From a bacterium (GTDB lineage: Bacteria > Muiribacteriota > UBA6191), in NCBI GenBank assembly GCA_036339875.1, contig JAYZAC010000147.1, positions 1-29,791 of the forward strand: a stretch of 29,791 nucleotides of DNA. The letters run 5' to 3'. Positions 25,876 to 29,791 of this stretch are shown here, piece by piece. The notes beneath the pieces were generated by a model. That model was not told the origin of the DNA and ran no database searches. It worked only from the letters and a program-made list of their open reading frames with translations. Position 1 is the stretch's first letter. Every line of letters begins with the position of its first letter. The translations under genes were made by a program, and so were the position numbers.

Positions 25876-28077
25876 ATGTTTCGAGCCAATAAAATTAGCA
25901 ATCAGAGAAAAGGCATTGTAATTCCTATTATAATAGGCGTTCTAACGATTTTTTTCATTCTACTGATGGCAATTGGTCAAGGTAGTACCGAACTTGGTCG
26001 TAATATGTCGTTAATTAACCATCGGCAGCATGCCCGATTCATGGCGATGGCAGCAATTGAAGAAATGCACAATATTCTGTGGAACAAACTCTCCAACCCT
26101 ATCAACGCCACAAACACCCGTAACGAAGTAATTCAAGCTGTTTTGGGCGGTGGAGTTTACGAAATGGATCTAAGGTCCGAACTCAAGTACTCTCATAAAC
26201 TCTATACAAAACAGGAAAATGCGGCCAGTAAGAATTCCAGTAAAGCCACCATATCTGTATTCGAGGCAACCGCCGAATTCCATAACTTCAAAACTATTCT
26301 ATATAGTTCCACTGGCTTGTATAGCAACCCTAACCCTTATTATCGATCACCTGATGGCGGAGTTGGAGGGCAACCAGCGGCAGGACTCAACGGTACTAAC
26401 CCAGACTTTTACGGATGGGTAACGTATAGGGTAAAAGCACAACATGGGATAGTATCGAAGCAGATGATTCAATCCAGACCTATTAAAATCGTAGATATGA
26501 CGCCAATGGGCCGTAAATACGCTCTATTTGAAATGGAATCTGCAGGGGGTGCTAGTCTAAATGAAGGCCCTGGCTTCTACATAGATGGTAACGGAGAGGG
26601 TCGAATTCGAATGGATGGACCATATTATTTAGATGTAGAAGGCGGTAGTGATGGAAAAAGGATTAGTTGGTTCAATACAGATGAATCGGTTGGTGGCTTA
26701 AGCTATCCAAAATGGATTGGTAATTCACCAAACTGGGATGAGGATTCTTTCATTCCGAGCCCAAAATGGGTTACAACCTGTCCTCCATGGGCCGGTGTTG
26801 GAGGCGGAAGACGATTATTTTTGAAGAATGGAGCATCCCTGAGTTTTATGATTGCAATCTGCTCATGCTGCCTTTCATTGCCACTTCCCATTGATGTCGT
26901 AGGACAATACTTGAGTCCGGCCAGTCAAGAATATATTAGTGGGTCAATTCCTGAAGGTGAACAAACCTTCTCACTCACCGGTCAGGAGGGAGACAGGCAA
27001 TTCAAAGGACTCGTATATGCCGAAGGAGCTGATTATGCTTCTACACAGGGCGTTACCGAAGACTGGAACCCTGATAAAGGCATGGAAATTCGTCATGAAG
27101 GAGTCATAATCGGAAAGTACAAAACATACTCCTCGCAGAGTACTACATTTTGTGGACCTCCATTCCCACCACCAGCTCCTATGCTTACTTATCCATGTGT
27201 GGTTGGGTGGACCACTAAGGATGGCCCTGATATTCAGCAGATTTATGCTCTAAAGGGAGATGAAAGGCCCGATGTCGATTGGGGAGCAGTACTCATTAGT
27301 ACAGCGTTTAGTGCGGCTTCAGGTGCGACTATGGCTAAGGGCTTTAAAGCCGCTGAGGGTGGTATGGAGATTGCTGGAGCTATTGGGAAAGAACTAGGAA
27401 AACAAGTGATGTTTCAAGCTGGTATGAGAATGATGGCAGATGGTCTAGACCCTGCTGGCGTACCAACACCTCAAGATCTAACAGGTGTTTTTCCTTCTGG
27501 ATTTCGAATGATAAATCGTGCGGCTGTGAGGCACGTAAATACTATGGATGAAGCCATGTGGAAGAAAGGTCAATTACTCTTTGATGGCGTAACTTGGGTT
27601 GATGATCTGAATACAAAGGTTAGATCTATAGAATATATTGGTAAAGGTACCATTGCATCCTTTGCAACTGATTTTGCAAGGGAACAAACCGTACCTGAAA
27701 TAAAAGCGAAAGATGAGACTAAAGATTTTATGAATTTGTGGTTCATGGGAGGACCTCAAGGATCTTTTCTAAATTCAAGTGGCGATTATTTGCAACTGAG
27801 TTTATTTGCCAGCAATGGTTTAAATCCCAAAAAAGAAGTTTTGATTCTTGGTAATTACATTACCGGCACGATTCGCAAAGCAGAAATCGAAAATAGACTG
27901 GATGTCATGTACTGGCCAGATATTTTATACGACCCAACTGTAGAGGATTATCAAAAAGATTTCAGAATCATTTCAATGAGCCCCCAAATAGAAGCAATCA
28001 GTGAGGTGGTTTTTAAGTTAAATAGTGGAGCCGGAGAGGATGGTGTTGAAACAATCGTTTCCACCATAGGTGAATAA
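25876..28077 (+). CDS. Large PilX/GspK-like pilin-domain protein (733 aa)
   Basis: QRKG|IVIPIIIGVLTIFFILL is a class III-like signal lacking Glu5, followed by ARFMAMAAIEE (PilX-type A..xA.A motif); heads a cluster of minor pilins. Confidence 0.72.
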   Translation: MFRANKISNQRKGIVIPIIIGVLTIFFILLMAIGQGSTELGRNMSLINHRQHARFMAMAAIEEMHNILWNKLSNPINATNTRNEVIQAVLGGGVYEMDLRSELKYSHKLYTKQENAASKNSSKATISVFEATAEFHNFKTILYSSTGLYSNPNPYYRSPDGGVGGQPAAGLNGTNPDFYGWVTYRVKAQHGIVSKQMIQSRPIKIVDMTPMGRKYALFEMESAGGASLNEGPGFYIDGNGEGRIRMDGPYYLDVEGGSDGKRISWFNTDESVGGLSYPKWIGNSPNWDEDSFIPSPKWVTTCPPWAGVGGGRRLFLKNGASLSFMIAICSCCLSLPLPIDVVGQYLSPASQEYISGSIPEGEQTFSLTGQEGDRQFKGLVYAEGADYASTQGVTEDWNPDKGMEIRHEGVIIGKYKTYSSQSTTFCGPPFPPPAPMLTYPCVVGWTTKDGPDIQQIYALKGDERPDVDWGAVLISTAFSAASGATMAKGFKAAEGGMEIAGAIGKELGKQVMFQAGMRMMADGLDPAGVPTPQDLTGVFPSGFRMINRAAVRHVNTMDEAMWKKGQLLFDGVTWVDDLNTKVRSIEYIGKGTIASFATDFAREQTVPEIKAKDETKDFMNLWFMGGPQGSFLNSSGDYLQLSLFASNGLNPKKEVLILGNYITGTIRKAEIENRLDVMYWPDILYDPTVEDYQKDFRIISMSPQIEAISEVVFKLNSGAGEDGVETIVSTIGE

Positions 28078-29029
28078 AATGGATCAACCAGAAAGACTAC
28101 CCGTTATAGCGTTCATTATTGCTTGTATTGGTGTCTTCTTTGTTCTTTATTTAATACTCGGCGGTGAAGATACTGCCATTGGAGTAAAAGTAGAGACAAG
28201 CGATGAAATTCTTTTAGATGATGAATTACTAGATGAAGACGACACCCCTGTTTACAGGCAAAGACGTCCGATTAGTTCGACTCCACCAGTAAACAATGGT
28301 TTTTCATTGAGTGTGGAAACACCTCGAATTGATACAGTTGAAACTACCAAGCGTCAAATCAAAGAGTGGCCTGATTGGATCAAACGTCATAGAAGAAAAA
28401 ATAAAACTCAGTCAATTGAGCAAAAAAAAGCTAAATTAAGAGCACAACTGAAGGCTAGAGGTTTCACAAATCAGAAATATCTAGACCAACGTGCACTTGG
28501 TCTTGAAAGAGAAGGTTTCAAATCCGCCAGAAATAAAGTAGAGCGTCTAATAGAATCAGGAAATATTGATGAAGCGCTTAAAGTGCTGCAGGAAGAACTG
28601 GATAGAACGCCAGAAGAGAATTTAATTGTACGATCAGAAATCGTAGCCCTTCAAACCAGAATTGCGATGAGGCATGGATATGCTAGCAATGCCCTAGAGT
28701 ATTTTCACCAACAAATGAGACTTACGCGAAAAATAAATGAAATAAAGAAAAACTCTCAGCTGATTAACAATCCCAACGCTAGGGCTATGATGGAAGAAGC
28801 GGATAAAACTCTGGACGCATATGATAAATACAAGGAATCACTGCCTCTATTATTTCAGAACTTAAAAGAAAACAATGGATTGCCACCGGGAATGAAAGAC
28901 CTTATGAAGAGTATCATGGTTGGCTCTGTGTACGGCAATAGCAATAGTAGTATTTCCAGGGAACAAATGCGATCAAATTTCAAGCAATTTGAAAAACAAA
29001 TTGAGAAAGGTTGGGCTAACCCCAAATAG
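28070..29029 (+). CDS. Membrane-anchored hypothetical protein with acidic linker and TPR-like helical domain
   Basis: N-terminal TM (VIAFIIACIGVFFVLYLIL), DEILLDDELLDEDD, LIESGNIDEALKVL. Starts at GTG overlapping the upstream stop; alternative ATG at 28079. Confidence 0.72.
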   Translation: MNKMDQPERLPVIAFIIACIGVFFVLYLILGGEDTAIGVKVETSDEILLDDELLDEDDTPVYRQRRPISSTPPVNNGFSLSVETPRIDTVETTKRQIKEWPDWIKRHRRKNKTQSIEQKKAKLRAQLKARGFTNQKYLDQRALGLEREGFKSARNKVERLIESGNIDEALKVLQEELDRTPEENLIVRSEIVALQTRIAMRHGYASNALEYFHQQMRLTRKINEIKKNSQLINNPNARAMMEEADKTLDAYDKYKESLPLLFQNLKENNGLPPGMKDLMKSIMVGSVYGNSNSSISREQMRSNFKQFEKQIEKGWANPK

Positions 29030-29036
29030 GAAAAAC

Positions 29037-29672
29037 ATGAAACGAATGACTCATCGAAAAACTGGCTCAAAAACAACCTTAAAGGCCGGAATTACACTAA
29101 TAGAGGTTGTTATAGTTATGGGAATCTTAGCTCTAGCAATAATTCCAATTTATAATAATATTTTTGGTACTAGAATTCAGGTTTCTAAAGCGAAATTTGC
29201 ATATATTGCCATGCACTTATGTCGTGAGAAAATTGAAGAAGTAATGTCATTACCTTTTGAAGAAATGGACGAGTTTGAACAAGGTTACACGAAGGTTAAG
29301 GGACCAATCGTAAGTAATATGTTATTAGAAACCGTCTATCGTGGAGTAAATGGCGGAAGAACAGTCACTAACATTGGACGCAATCTAGGTGGTGGATTCG
29401 TGGGAGGAAACCGAGTCGTTCCGGGTGGAGGTGGTATACCATTGATTGATAGTGAGGAGCAAATAGCCGAAGGCGATTATCCCGCTCCTTACATGCGGTT
29501 TGAGCGTAAAGTTCTGGTAAAAGCAAAAGGCCGGCGTTTTAAGCAAATCACTGTGAGTGTGCGTTGGTACGAGAAGGGAGAGCAGGATAAACGTGAGAAT
29601 AAATATATGTACTCCTTGAATACCTTGGTGGCTAATCACAAATTAGCTGCATACACAGGAGGCCGCGAATGA
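29037..29672 (+). CDS. Prepilin-type protein (PilV/GspI-like minor pilin) with Gly-rich insertion
   Basis: ATG at 29037 after AGGA; KAG|ITLIEVVIV, AMHLCREKIEEVMSLPF, ITVSVRW. Confidence 0.82.
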   Translation: MKRMTHRKTGSKTTLKAGITLIEVVIVMGILALAIIPIYNNIFGTRIQVSKAKFAYIAMHLCREKIEEVMSLPFEEMDEFEQGYTKVKGPIVSNMLLETVYRGVNGGRTVTNIGRNLGGGFVGGNRVVPGGGGIPLIDSEEQIAEGDYPAPYMRFERKVLVKAKGRRFKQITVSVRWYEKGEQDKRENKYMYSLNTLVANHKLAAYTGGRE

Positions 29673-29791
29673 AAAATCGTCTAGGGATGACACTTGTAGA
29701 GATATTAGTCATTTCTGGTCTTCTTATGCTTATCATTTCCAAAATTATCGATATTGGTTTAAGTGGACAAGAAATAATGGATGAAAGCAGT
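29669..29791 (+). CDS. Prepilin-type protein (probably PilW/GspJ-like), truncated at the window end
   Basis: Absent from the ORF track. ATGA overlap with the upstream stop and GGAGG Shine-Dalgarno; translates as MKNRLG|MTLVEILVISGLLMLIISKIIDIGLSGQEIMDESS. Confidence 0.8.
   Translation, partial: MKNRLGMTLVEILVISGLLMLIISKIIDIGLSGQEIMDESS

Noticed and set aside
28920..29036. 39-codon N-terminal extension of the PilV-like ORF in the track
   Set aside because: It overlaps the upstream gene by over 100 nt; ATG at 29037 has a Shine-Dalgarno and gives a plausible prepilin leader.
18636..29791. Invertible or shufflon-like switching between the two inverted pilin cassettes
   Set aside because: No recombinase and no nucleotide-level repeats were noticed between the cassettes; similarity is only remote and at the protein level.
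1..29791. CRISPR arrays, IS elements, phage genes, alternative genetic code
   Set aside because: No regularly spaced repeats, transposase or phage motifs were seen. Conserved genes terminate normally at TAA, TAG and TGA under the standard bacterial code.

Overview
AT-rich bacterial chromosomal window, mostly housekeeping, with no CRISPR array, IS element, integrase or rRNA visible. From left to right it holds: an acyl-CoA carboxylase pair (biotin carboxylase, truncated at the edge, and a PccB-type carboxyltransferase); a membrane-anchored TPR protein ending in an apparently inactivated Mrr-like nuclease domain; xseA/xseB; a small orphan membrane protein; a self-contained tRNA-Tyr/tRNA-Thr/tuf unit with clear promoter and terminator; an FmdB-type zinc-ribbon gene; and a MoxR-DUF58-Bat (VWA/TPR) operon with a parvulin-like gene inserted. 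Beyond that are two divergently oriented, paralogous four-gene type IV minor-pilin cassettes. Each has a very large PilX/GspK-like protein with a variable core, a membrane-anchored helical partner, a PilV-like pilin and a PilW-like pilin. They flank a TPR gene, smpB and a gene pair that looks like an intact but catalytically dead MalG/MalK-like ABC module. The pilin cassettes and the dead ABC pair are the best candidates for undescribed biology. All family calls come from reading motifs by eye; no database search was run.
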